This document shows, in pieces, positions 1 to 11,828 of a stretch of DNA of 64,000 nt. The DNA comes from Tortispora ganteri (Eukaryota). The stretch lies in assembly GCA_003707115.1 (NCBI GenBank), contig PPNB01000003.1, forward strand, positions 186,001-250,000, read 5' to 3'. Below the pieces are notes generated by a model. That model did no database searches, was not told the DNA's origin, and saw nothing but the letters and a program-made list of their open reading frames with translations. How positions within the stretch are numbered: position 1 is the stretch's first letter; each line of letters opens with the position of its first letter. The translations under genes and the position numbers were made by a program.

Positions 1-387
1 CTGCTACGTTACCAGTATTTATACGAGTTTGATGCGCGTATGCAGCATTTGGAGGAAAAGTATAGATGGCTATCATCTCCTCAGGCTTTTATATCGCTGA
101 AGCACGAAGGTGACAAGGTCCTTGTGTTTGAACGCGCTGGACTTCTGTTCGTTTTCAACTTCCATCCCAGCAATTCATACACGGACTACCGCGTCGGCGT
201 GGAGGTTCCCGGTGTCTACAAAGTTGTTCTAGATACTGATAGCAAGGATCTTGATGGCCATGGACGAATTGATAGCACCGTTAGGCACTTCACTGATCCC
301 ATGGGCTGGAACGATCGCGCCAATCATTTACAGCTTTATATCCCCAATCGCACTGCCCTTGTACTGGCACTCGAAAGCACATTATAA
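1..387 (+). CDS. GLC3: 1,4-alpha-glucan branching enzyme, 3' end (5'-truncated by window edge)
   Basis: Frame open from base 1 ([21 protein letters not shown]...[32 protein letters not shown]...[11 protein letters not shown]), typical GH13 branching enzyme C-terminal domain. Confidence 0.93.
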   Translation: MLRYQYLYEFDARMQHLEEKYRWLSSPQAFISLKHEGDKVLVFERAGLLFVFNFHPSNSYTDYRVGVEVPGVYKVVLDTDSKDLDGHGRIDSTVRHFTDPMGWNDRANHLQLYIPNRTALVLALESTL

Positions 388-618
388 CCCCCGAATCTAG
401 TCTCGTGTGCACATACGCTACAAATAATTTCTTTGCGGCTGTTCTGAATTATATAAATGAATATGCTTTCTATTTGAATAACGCATCTAACAATAATATA
501 TGGCAGCGACATTCCTTAAATCCAAGTTCAGACTAGAACCCTAATACACAAGTGGTTTCTATCGGGAACCTTAAAACCCACTCGCTTTTTCTTTCGATTC
601 CACCTTAGACCAGAACTC

Positions 619-2789
<2,171 letters not shown>

Positions 2790-2948
2790 ACAAAATTAGT
2801 AGAAGCTATTTCTATTTATCCCTTTGTTCGGGAACCTAAGCCTTGAACAGTTCATATATTACCTCTCTCTCATAAATATTGACGTAGAATTATGTATACC
2901 TTAATGTTATTGTGTGTGTGTGTGCATGCATGGCAGATATTGGGGGAC

Positions 2949-4424
2949 TTATGCAGAAGCCGAAGCTGAGGCCTGTGCTTGCTCATCATTATTAGGTTTC
3001 CTGGATTTGTGTTTCGTAGGTTTGGATGATTGTTCAGGAATCGGCTGAGTAGCATCCTGTGGCTTTCCGTCACTTTCAAGTCTTTGGATCATCTCAGAGT
3101 ATTGGTTAGCTACGAAGTAGAGCGGGTCGACGCGATCTTCAGGAGGTAGCGATAAAGAATCGACAGCTCGTTTGGTGACAAGAACATAGCGAAATGGAGA
3201 TCCTGGTATTTCATAGTTCGCGTTTAGAAGAACACGTTCCATTATGCTTCTAAGACCACGCGCGCCAGTGCCCTGAGAGTATGCAATTTCGCCAATGGCA
3301 TATAGTGCAGCTTCACTAAACCTAAGATCAACTTCAAACGTGGAGAATTTAGCCTGGTACTGTTTGACTAAAGAGTTCTCAGGTTCTGTCAGAATTGCTA
3401 CTAATTCTGCTTTAGATAGATGATTGAGCTTAGAGATGACGGGGATGCGACCGATTAGTTCTGGTATAAAACCATAGGTAATCAGGTCTTCCGATATGTC
3501 ATCATAGGTGCAGATGGTATCAGTTGAACTTGCAGAATTTGAGTCTCTGGTGAACCCAATCTTTCCAGCATTGAGTCGGCGCGATATGATCTTTTCAAGC
3601 CCCGTGAACGCCCCAGTGAATATGAACAATATATTAGCAGTATTGATCGGTGTTTTCTCGCCCTTAGCAGGAGTAGTAAAATCACTACCAGCAGGCGACG
3701 CTTCAGCAGAATAAGAGTTGTGAGGAGCTGTGGACGATGGGGAAGTTGGAATTGTGGTTCTAGGTCTCAGTACTTTAGCAGGGACATAAGTAGTTGTTCC
3801 TTCGATCATTTTGAGCAGCGCCTGCTGGACGCCTTCACCAGAAACATCACGTGTGCCATTAACAGTAGGGCGTCTAGCAATTTTATCGAATTCGTCGAGT
3901 ACGATGATACCGCGTTCGGTTCTGTCTATGTCCATACCGGAGTTCTCAAGGAGCATCTGGATGCAACGTTCTGGGTCGTCGCCCACGTAGCCGGCCTGCG
4001 TGAATGTTGTGCAATCAGCAATAGCAAATGGTACATCAAGATGTTTTGCGAGGGTTTCTGCGAGCAGCGTCTTGCCTGTGCCGGTGGGCCCCCAGAGCAG
4101 TATGTTTGATTTAGAGATAGGGATCTTCTTGAATGACGAAGAGAGTGGGGAAGGCTGAGGCGTAGTAGAAATAGAATCTGTCTCGGCAGAATCTAACGCG
4201 TCAGATGGTTCAGATGATTCAGACGGTTCGAGCGATGCAATTGGCGGAAGGTAATCGTCAAGTATACGCAGTTTGTGATTGAAACCATGCACAGCAAGGA
4301 CACGTTTCGGGATTGGCTGGCCAACTACATGTTTATTAAATGTTTCGACAAGTTGCTTCGGAGTTGTAGGAAGAAAGCTAGAGTAATATCGAATTTGGAA
4401 TCTTATCAAGTGGCGATGAATCAT
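2949..4424 (-). CDS. MCX1: Mitochondrial ClpX AAA+ chaperone
   Basis: KSNILLWGPTGTGKT, TQAGYVGDD, LDEFDKI, RDVSGEGVQQALLKMIEG, GARGLRSIME ClpX motifs; ATG 4424 gives a presequence-like N-terminus (an in-frame ATG at 4484 is also possible). Confidence 0.92.
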   Translation of the reverse strand: MIHRHLIRFQIRYYSSFLPTTPKQLVETFNKHVVGQPIPKRVLAVHGFNHKLRILDDYLPPIASLEPSESSEPSDALDSAETDSISTTPQPSPLSSSFKKIPISKSNILLWGPTGTGKTLLAETLAKHLDVPFAIADCTTFTQAGYVGDDPERCIQMLLENSGMDIDRTERGIIVLDEFDKIARRPTVNGTRDVSGEGVQQALLKMIEGTTTYVPAKVLRPRTTIPTSPSSTAPHNSYSAEASPAGSDFTTPAKGEKTPINTANILFIFTGAFTGLEKIISRRLNAGKIGFTRDSNSASSTDTICTYDDISEDLITYGFIPELIGRIPVISKLNHLSKAELVAILTEPENSLVKQYQAKFSTFEVDLRFSEAALYAIGEIAYSQGTGARGLRSIMERVLLNANYEIPGSPFRYVLVTKRAVDSLSLPPEDRVDPLYFVANQYSEMIQRLESDGKPQDATQPIPEQSSKPTKHKSRKPNNDEQAQASASASA

Positions 4425-4578
4425 TGTAGAACAGTGATATAAAATGTAGGCGAATGGGCGATAAGCGGCTAGTGGCAGGCACATGGGGGCGGGATTGTGC
4501 CTGTCCTATAAAGTCCCATCTAGTCAACTATGTAAAGTCTGGTCGGGTACTGGTGCTGGGTACTGCTGCGAATCTCAG

Positions 4579-5247
4579 TCAAAAGCCATTATGGAGCTCT
4601 TTTTCCCATTCAAAGAAATGAGTCCAGTGTAGGTTTGTGTGGTCGCCGATGGATCGAGTGGAGGACTGTATAAAATGCCGTATGGCAGTGAACATCTGAA
4701 ACGCGCAAATGTCGGGGTCGACACCGCCCACGCCGGTTCCCAAACCACTAAGGATTAGGGTTTTTATCGAGTCATTGCTTGAGACGGCGTTGAGAAGGCT
4801 CCAGGTGCATTCATAGACGCGGTGTGGATCTTGTATGCGCGAAGGAACACGCATTGTTGGAGTGAGCGCAAGGTAGCGGCAATTGAGCGCGTTCGGGAGA
4901 TGGTTGAGGTCGATAATGGTGGTGGTGCCAACAGGGAGATGACCGTGGTAGTGAGTGAATAGATGCGAGCGTATATGTTTGCCAAACGATACGATATCAG
5001 TGTTTTTACTTGCGAACAAGTTTGATATTGCGAGATCAAATCCTCCTTCCATTATACCGTAGGAGTTAGCCGGGCTGACTATGCAGTCTACATCCATATT
5101 TACGTCCTCCAGAGTGCCTTCGACTATTTGTACTTCCCAATGAGAACTTGGAAACAGCGACACCGCTTTCAAATTTTTGCGCCAAGCACTGACTAAAGCA
5201 GGATTTCTATCTAAAAGGATTATTTTGAGTTTTTTAAGACTTGACAT
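4579..5247 (-). CDS. Macro-domain (ADP-ribose binding / Appr-1''-p processing) protein
   Basis: DCIVSPANSYGIMEGGFDLAI, PTMRVP and GLGTGVGGV macro-domain motifs; N-terminal IILLDRNPALVSAW strand-helix typical of the fungal family. Confidence 0.85.
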   Translation of the reverse strand: MSSLKKLKIILLDRNPALVSAWRKNLKAVSLFPSSHWEVQIVEGTLEDVNMDVDCIVSPANSYGIMEGGFDLAISNLFASKNTDIVSFGKHIRSHLFTHYHGHLPVGTTTIIDLNHLPNALNCRYLALTPTMRVPSRIQDPHRVYECTWSLLNAVSSNDSIKTLILSGLGTGVGGVDPDICAFQMFTAIRHFIQSSTRSIGDHTNLHWTHFFEWEKELHNGF

Positions 5248-6316
5248 GGATGAATATTCAGTGGTAAACGATATTTCGCAAAGACGTTATAATCCGTTGA
5301 CGGATTCTTGGGTGTTGGTGTCTCCACACCGAGCAAAACGGCCTTGGCAGGGTCAGCAGGAGGTCCCTGATAAATCGAAGCGTCCTCCTTATGATGATAA
5401 ATGTTATTTGTGTCCAAGAAATACGCGTGCTGAAGGTACTAAAAATGATGATTATAAGTCTACTTATGTATTTATGAACGATTTCGCTGCGCTGAAGGAA
5501 ACACAGCCAGAGTATACGCCGCCAACCAACAGATCGTCTCAAGAGTCGCATTTATTCCAGCTAGAACCAGTTACTGGTAAGTGTTATGTTATATGTTTCT
5601 CACCGCGTCACGATTTGACTCTCGCGCAGATGCCTCCTAAAGATATTGAGCCGGTGATCCGCACGTGGCAGATGATCTACAAGGAGGCCATCTCCTTGGC
5701 AAACATTGCACATTGTCAGATCTTCGAGAACAAGGGCGCAATGATGGGTTGCTCCAACCCTCACCCGCATGGACAGGTATGGATGTCTTCCATTGTGCCA
5801 GAAGAGCCTGCAAAGGAACGCGCTGCACTATACAAATATTACAACGAGCATGGAACCCATATGCTAGAAGACTACGCCGCTATTGAGTCCAAGACAAAAC
5901 AGAGAGTCGTGTTTGAAAACGATATGTTTATCGCGCTTGTTCCCTTCTGGGCCGTATGGCCTTACGAAATTTTGGTGCTGCCACGACGGCGCGTAGCGCG
6001 CATATCTGATCTTACACCCGAAGAAGTGTCAGCGTTTGCACAGATAATCTCTCAAGTAACTGTGCGTTACGACAATCTGTTCTCCTGCTCGTTCCCATAC
6101 TCTATGGGTATTCACCAGGCATGCACGGACGCATCAATTGACGACAATTGTGATCATCTCCATATGCATTTCTATCCGCCATTACTGCGATCTGCCACTG
6201 TGCGTAAATTCCTCGTTGGATTCGAGCTCATGGCGATGCCGCAACGTGACATCACTGCTGAAATGGCAGCTGGAACGCTCAGATCGTTATCAGCAGTGCA
6301 CTACTTGCATGATTGA
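5246..6316 (+). CDS. GAL7: Galactose-1-phosphate uridylyltransferase
   Basis: RRYNPLTDSWVLVSPHRAKRPWQGQ, CYLCP, FENKGAMMGCSNPHPHGQ active site, RSATVRKFLVGFE; first in-frame ATG is 5246. Confidence 0.96.
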   Translation: MDEYSVVNDISQRRYNPLTDSWVLVSPHRAKRPWQGQQEVPDKSKRPPYDDKCYLCPRNTRAEGTKNDDYKSTYVFMNDFAALKETQPEYTPPTNRSSQESHLFQLEPVTGKCYVICFSPRHDLTLAQMPPKDIEPVIRTWQMIYKEAISLANIAHCQIFENKGAMMGCSNPHPHGQVWMSSIVPEEPAKERAALYKYYNEHGTHMLEDYAAIESKTKQRVVFENDMFIALVPFWAVWPYEILVLPRRRVARISDLTPEEVSAFAQIISQVTVRYDNLFSCSFPYSMGIHQACTDASIDDNCDHLHMHFYPPLLRSATVRKFLVGFELMAMPQRDITAEMAAGTLRSLSAVHYLHD

Positions 6317-6725
6317 ACGATATCTTTTACCTGATTGGTGGTTCTATATGTGTGATAAGAATTATCCCCGATATTTCCTTATACTTTTAAGTTCGATTGC
6401 TCATAGAGTTCGGCTGATGTACACTTTTCCCTTCTGACGGCTGCCACAAGAAACATTGGTACGCCGCTTAAATCACTGGTCGAACAAAATTTAAAAAGCA
6501 TCAAGGAATATCAATTATTTTTATATTGATGCCATTTTGCTGTCAATTTTAATCTATCGACGCACACATGCAGCTTCATGCAAGAATATGCTATACCCCT
6601 ATAATCTAAATTATTAGATAAAGTTTAGCGTTCTGGCTTTTTTTCCGCCTAAGGGGACGTACTTACTTAAATAGGACTGCATCGTATTTCTCCTGCAAAT
6701 TTTTGTATAGACCTAACAAAAACAC

Positions 6726-8141
6726 ATGAGATTGACAGACTTGACAATTATTCTTGGTGCGCCTATCGCTAGTGCGAAGATCATTGGCGCCGTCGTTTAT
6801 GGAAGACATGGTGACAGAACACCTAAAGCGATGGGCTCTGCTGAGTTGACCATTCTCGGAAGAAATCAGATGTTTTCGGCTGGTGATTACCACCATGATC
6901 GATACATATCCAATAGTTCAAATTACTACCTCGATGGCATTGATGCAATCGAGAATTTGACACAGTATATGTCTGCGACCAATATTGGCGGCTCTGCGGT
7001 GTTGTTTGATTCAGCGACTACCTTCAATCAGGCGCTATTCCCCAAAATTGCTGACGAGTCTATCACGCTCGTTAACGGATCAGAATATTCTGATCCTATG
7101 GATGGTATTCAGTATGTTTCTTTGTTTGCTGCTGCCCCAGGCAGCTCGGAATTTGTTTACCTAGACGGAAACAATGATTGTCCTGCATGGGTTACGGCTT
7201 CGAACTCGTACATGCAATCTGAGAGCTTCAAGGCTACCAATGCAAGCACTGCCGAGTTTTACGCCGGGTTCAAGGATGTGATCCAATCGCTGAACCCCAA
7301 AACCAGTGTTAAGTACAACTATGGCGGAGCCTACACCGTATTTGACATCATCAACTACGGCATTAACCACGTCGCCAGCGTCGCCGACCAGGTCAGCGAC
7401 GAGCAATATTTCCAGCTTAGAACTCTTGCTGATACGTACTCCTGGAATTTAATTTATAACGAGAGTCAGCCTTTAAGATCAATTGCAGGTCGCACTATGC
7501 TTGCACAGATTCAGGACCAAATTTCTGCTATTGCTGCCAATCGTGGTTCCGACCGCAAACTCGCCTATATTGCCGGCTCGTATGACACAATTCAATCTGG
7601 CTGGTTCTTGATGAATCTTCCCCAGAGAAACCCAGGATTCTACGCAATTCCCGACTATGCTGCCACAATGGTATTTGAAGTGCATGAATCAGACTCTGGT
7701 GACTTAACTGTGCAATTCGGTTTCCGCAACACTACGCTCGGAGAAGGCGCTGAGTACGAGATGATTCCTGTTTTCGACTTTGATAGCGTTGACATGGATT
7801 ACACCACTTTTATGAACAAGATGGATGATGTGACTCTGAATGATATAAGCGAATGGTGTACTCAGTGCAATGCATGGAGCCTCGATATTTGTGCATCCAC
7901 CAAGAGTTTGCAGGAAACCCAGGCGCAATTGAGTGCGTTGCAGAGCTCAAACGATGACGAGCTTTCTGCTGCTGCCGGTGGTGGTATTGGCGCTGGTGTG
8001 ACTATTGGTGTTTTTGCTATTGCAGGTGCTCTTTTCTATCTTTTCCGTCGCAACAAGAAATCCGCTGTGTCGCCCAAGGCAACTCTTCCTGTTGTTGAAA
8101 GAGCTGCTAGTGAATCTTCCAAGGGCAGCACTTTGGGTTAA
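6726..8141 (+). CDS. Histidine acid phosphatase family, signal peptide plus C-terminal TM helix
   Basis: RHGDRT motif, hydrophobic N-terminus, GIGAGVTIGVFAIAGALFYLF TM followed by basic RRNKK. Confidence 0.85.
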   Translation: MRLTDLTIILGAPIASAKIIGAVVYGRHGDRTPKAMGSAELTILGRNQMFSAGDYHHDRYISNSSNYYLDGIDAIENLTQYMSATNIGGSAVLFDSATTFNQALFPKIADESITLVNGSEYSDPMDGIQYVSLFAAAPGSSEFVYLDGNNDCPAWVTASNSYMQSESFKATNASTAEFYAGFKDVIQSLNPKTSVKYNYGGAYTVFDIINYGINHVASVADQVSDEQYFQLRTLADTYSWNLIYNESQPLRSIAGRTMLAQIQDQISAIAANRGSDRKLAYIAGSYDTIQSGWFLMNLPQRNPGFYAIPDYAATMVFEVHESDSGDLTVQFGFRNTTLGEGAEYEMIPVFDFDSVDMDYTTFMNKMDDVTLNDISEWCTQCNAWSLDICASTKSLQETQAQLSALQSSNDDELSAAAGGGIGAGVTIGVFAIAGALFYLFRRNKKSAVSPKATLPVVERAASESSKGSTLG

Positions 8142-8179
8142 ATGTGTCAAACCAGGACGACTTCTTGTTCTACTTGTAC

Positions 8180-8186
8180 CACACGC

Positions 8187-8225
<39 letters not shown>
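8180..8225. repeat. (CA)n microsatellite
   Basis: About 22 CA units with two CG interruptions, just 3' of the phosphatase stop. Confidence 0.95.
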
Positions 8226-8228
<3 letters not shown>

Positions 8229-8564
8229 CGTCAGTTGATTTGTTTATATTCTTGCCAATATGTTTAAGTACACCTATAAAGAATTGCTGCAATTAAAAGG
8301 CCATGACAATAGTATTCCCATATTTCACATAAATGCGTATTCTCGTTGCATATTGAAGAGAAACGCAAACCAAGAACAACGAAAACAAGTTGTGTATAGA
8401 GCACACAATAGAGACAATTCGTATATTGATATTCAACTATACATTTAGACTTGAATTCAAACGATCATTTACGCGGCTTTTCAAATATTGGGGAATCATG
8501 CGGACCACAAATTGATATTCACCTTGTGGAAACCAACCATCCCTCTATAATTATATACATCAAA

Positions 8565-8828
8565 TCAAATACTTTGAATAACACGCTCTAATTTCCTTAT
8601 TCTTTCTTCTAATTGTTCCATCCAATTCTGTGCGTCTCCAACGGCACGCAAGTCGTCAAACCCTCTTTTGTTTATGCTGGCAATATCATCAATATTCTTC
8701 TCAAGCTTATGCATTCCAGCTACTAGCTGCTCACCTTGTCGTTCAATACTACTTTGTCCTTCATTTAAATCATTCTTTTTATGACTAATTTCCTCGTCAA
8801 TAGCAGTAATAACGCCCTTGAAATCCAT
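8565..8828 (-). CDS. BLOC-1 subunit 1 (BLOC1S1/GCN5L1 family)
   Basis: Short coiled-coil protein ending LRAVGDAQNWMEQLEERIRKLE, matching the GCN5L1 LKEIGDVQNW-type motif; first ATG 8828. Confidence 0.72.
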   Translation of the reverse strand: MDFKGVITAIDEEISHKKNDLNEGQSSIERQGEQLVAGMHKLEKNIDDIASINKRGFDDLRAVGDAQNWMEQLEERIRKLERVIQSI

Positions 8829-8916
8829 ACTTCTACACACGCTAATGTAAGTTGACGCTAAAGCTAATGTCCCAGGCACTACTACACTTACTCACTTCCT
8901 CTTTCATGCCTCAATC

Positions 8917-11667
8917 ATGGAAATATTGTCACCCACTCAGATTGTTTCCCTATCAGGACCACTTAAAATTGAATCTACAGCTGTTTCAGGTTCTCGCATA
9001 TTTGTCGGCGCAAATACAGGAGCTCTGCTTGTCTTTCGTGAAATAGACGGAACATACACACAAACCTCGTCTCTTTCACTCTCCAAGAAACCACTGAAAC
9101 AGATCTCGGTCGTCCGCGAGCTCGGCTTTCTTTTCATACTTCTAGACAACCAAATATCCGTTTACGATCTTGAATCACTCACTTTCCTGCATAATTTGCC
9201 GCGTTCGGCAAATTGTAGCTTCTTCATCACTGCAACTTCTATCGCTCCTGATGCTACTGTCTCAGCGCGGCTTGTCGCCGTCACTCAAAAGGGTAAGACC
9301 CTAGTCTCTTACCACTGGTCCAATGGCGATCTCACACCACCATCTGAGATAATACTTCCTGATCGCGCTAGAAATCTGGCATTTTTCACTGCTAACGACT
9401 CGTCCTCGTTTGATCTCGCATCACCTCGGCTCCTCATTCTTACTGGTTCGAAGTTCCTACTTGCTGATCTCGCTCAGAACGCGCTTCTCCCCGAATCTAC
9501 ATCTGGAACCATCTCACATGTCCTATCTTCCTCATCATCGTTCTTGTACGCGCCGAAATCACACGCTGTTTCTCTGCCGAATGGCATAGCGCTCATTGTC
9601 AAAGACACAGCTTCTACATATGTTACAAGAGAAGGGACTCCACTCATAGATCGCCCGCAAATACCTTGGTCTTATGCACCTGATATTGTGGCTTACTTTT
9701 TCCCCTATATTTTATCAGCTACTTCATCCTCGTTGCAGGTGCGAAATCCCGTCACGCAGTCTTTGCTGCAAGACTTAAAAATATCCGGTATTACGACACT
9801 TGTATCTTTCGGAAAAACCCTCCTCGGCGCAACTACAAACACTCTATATCATTTTCAGGTTTCTGATTATGATTCACAGATTAGTCATCTCATAGATATC
9901 AATCTTCTTGAAGAAGCTATTACACTGTTGCGGCAATTCAATCCAGCTGCTTTTCTTAACAGAAATCACCGTCTCAGACAGATCGAAATTCTGCGAGCCA
10001 CTCAATTGTTCCAGCAGGGTTCTTACAGAAAGGCTCTTGAGATATTTTCCGATGTCTCTGCAAACCCACAAACTGTTATCGATTTGTATCCTGCCGTTAT
10101 ATCCGGTCATCCAGCTAATGGAGTTGTCCGCGGAAGATCGCCTACTGTCACCTCTGAAGTGTCTATCCAATCAGCTGCTTCTCACAGATTAAAGACGAAA
10201 AACAGTCAGTCTAGTCTTGATATTGCAAAAGACCCGATAGAGGCCCGCAGACAAATCCTGGACACCGACAAGGCCCAGTTTAGTGCCGCCGTTCGTGCAC
10301 TACTTGGGTTTCTTGGCGACGCACGTCGGAAGATGAAGCAATTGAAGCTTGTGGAAGTTCAAGAGATCAAAGATCCATATATTTCTCTTGAAGAATATGG
10401 TGATTTGGACGAAGCTGCGCAACTTGTTGATACTGTTCTGTTCAAATGTTACATTTTGACTGACAGTGCTCTGTTGGAGTCTCTAGTGAGGGTAGAGAAC
10501 GCCTGCGACCCAAGCGTTGTACGTGACTGGCTCACAACCAAAAAGAAATATAAAGCATTAGTTGAGTTTTATTTTGGCAAAGGAATGCACAAAAATGCAT
10601 TAGAACTACTACAAAAATTTGGAAAAGAAGGAATGCAACAAAATGGGACTGACTCCCATGAAATTCACAATGACATAGAAGATGGAAAAATTGAAGACGA
10701 TATGAGAGGACCTCAAGCGACTATTCAGTATCTACAAAGACTTTCTGCAGAAGATATTGATATCATATTTGAGTATGCCAAATGGCCTCTATCAATTAAT
10801 TTTAGTTATGCAAAGCAGATATTTATGTCGGAAACAAGTGACTCTGAGGTCCTTCCGAGACGACAAGTTTGCGCCTTTTTGTCTCAGTATTCTACAGAAT
10901 TAGTTGTGGAATATTTAGAATACATTATCAATGTGTTTGGGGATATGGATCCCGAGATGCACACTCGTCTGGTGGTTCTGTACATACAGCTTCTCATTGA
11001 GGAGAAAGATAACAAGGATGTACATAAGAAACTGCTTGATTTTATTTTGAACCCCGATAGTACGCAATTCGATATTATGGAAGCACTCGAACTTGTTCCA
11101 GCGCATGACGCGAACTTTTATGATGTCAAGATTGCTTTGCTGTTCAGGGCTGGTCGGCACCGAGATGCACTGAAGATTATAGTATATTCTATGCACGACG
11201 TGGATGAAGCACTTGAATACTGCATGAAAGTGATAAAATCTAACGGGCCAAGCGATATAGTTGACAATTTGCTGAAAATGTACTTGGACCCTACAGAGAC
11301 CACAAGACATAAAGCTGAAGTGAATGTGAATGCTGGCTTGAAAGTGTTGTCGGCGTACCAGCACACTGTAGACTCGAAACTAGCACTTGAGCTGTTACCG
11401 GACAATGTGAGAATGTCGGATATAGAAGAGTTTTTGACGCGCAGTATCCGGACGTTGGTGTCAAAGGAAGCAGAGTCTAAGATTCTAGTGTCGCTTGACA
11501 AGAGTAACGTGCTAGAGAACGAGTACAGGCTACTAATGGCACGGGACCCAAGCGTTGTGGTAACATCTGCGCGATTATGCAAAGTTTGTTTCAAGCGACT
11601 TGGTAAAAGTGTCTTCTACTTGCTTCCTAACGGGCAAACAGTGCATTATGGCTGCGCTGAGGTGTAA
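8917..11667 (+). CDS. VPS39: HOPS subunit Vps39/Vam6
   Basis: CNH-like N-terminus, VDTVLFKCY..SLVRVENAC, LVEFYFGKGMHKNALELL, C-terminal CKVCFKRLG..VHYGC zinc finger. Confidence 0.9.
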   Translation: MEILSPTQIVSLSGPLKIESTAVSGSRIFVGANTGALLVFREIDGTYTQTSSLSLSKKPLKQISVVRELGFLFILLDNQISVYDLESLTFLHNLPRSANCSFFITATSIAPDATVSARLVAVTQKGKTLVSYHWSNGDLTPPSEIILPDRARNLAFFTANDSSSFDLASPRLLILTGSKFLLADLAQNALLPESTSGTISHVLSSSSSFLYAPKSHAVSLPNGIALIVKDTASTYVTREGTPLIDRPQIPWSYAPDIVAYFFPYILSATSSSLQVRNPVTQSLLQDLKISGITTLVSFGKTLLGATTNTLYHFQVSDYDSQISHLIDINLLEEAITLLRQFNPAAFLNRNHRLRQIEILRATQLFQQGSYRKALEIFSDVSANPQTVIDLYPAVISGHPANGVVRGRSPTVTSEVSIQSAASHRLKTKNSQSSLDIAKDPIEARRQILDTDKAQFSAAVRALLGFLGDARRKMKQLKLVEVQEIKDPYISLEEYGDLDEAAQLVDTVLFKCYILTDSALLESLVRVENACDPSVVRDWLTTKKKYKALVEFYFGKGMHKNALELLQKFGKEGMQQNGTDSHEIHNDIEDGKIEDDMRGPQATIQYLQRLSAEDIDIIFEYAKWPLSINFSYAKQIFMSETSDSEVLPRRQVCAFLSQYSTELVVEYLEYIINVFGDMDPEMHTRLVVLYIQLLIEEKDNKDVHKKLLDFILNPDSTQFDIMEALELVPAHDANFYDVKIALLFRAGRHRDALKIIVYSMHDVDEALEYCMKVIKSNGPSDIVDNLLKMYLDPTETTRHKAEVNVNAGLKVLSAYQHTVDSKLALELLPDNVRMSDIEEFLTRSIRTLVSKEAESKILVSLDKSNVLENEYRLLMARDPSVVVTSARLCKVCFKRLGKSVFYLLPNGQTVHYGCAEV

Positions 11668-11828
11668 CGGTAATTGTTATTATTCGTTATACCTGTTTCG
11701 GGCAGGTCTCCCAAAGCACATTTAGTGTGTACGCAGGAATCAACTAAAACCTTCACACCCCATCACCAAAAAAATCAAAAATTTGGAAATACAAAAGAAT
11801 ACGTAATTGGAGCTTCGCACGAAGATTT

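Noticed and set aside
5177..5245. ORF-track N-terminal extensions from TTG/GTG/CTG starts (GAL7, RPB7, COX13, MRPL49, DSD1 and others)
   Set aside because: Non-ATG starts from the ORF caller; family N-termini match downstream ATGs.
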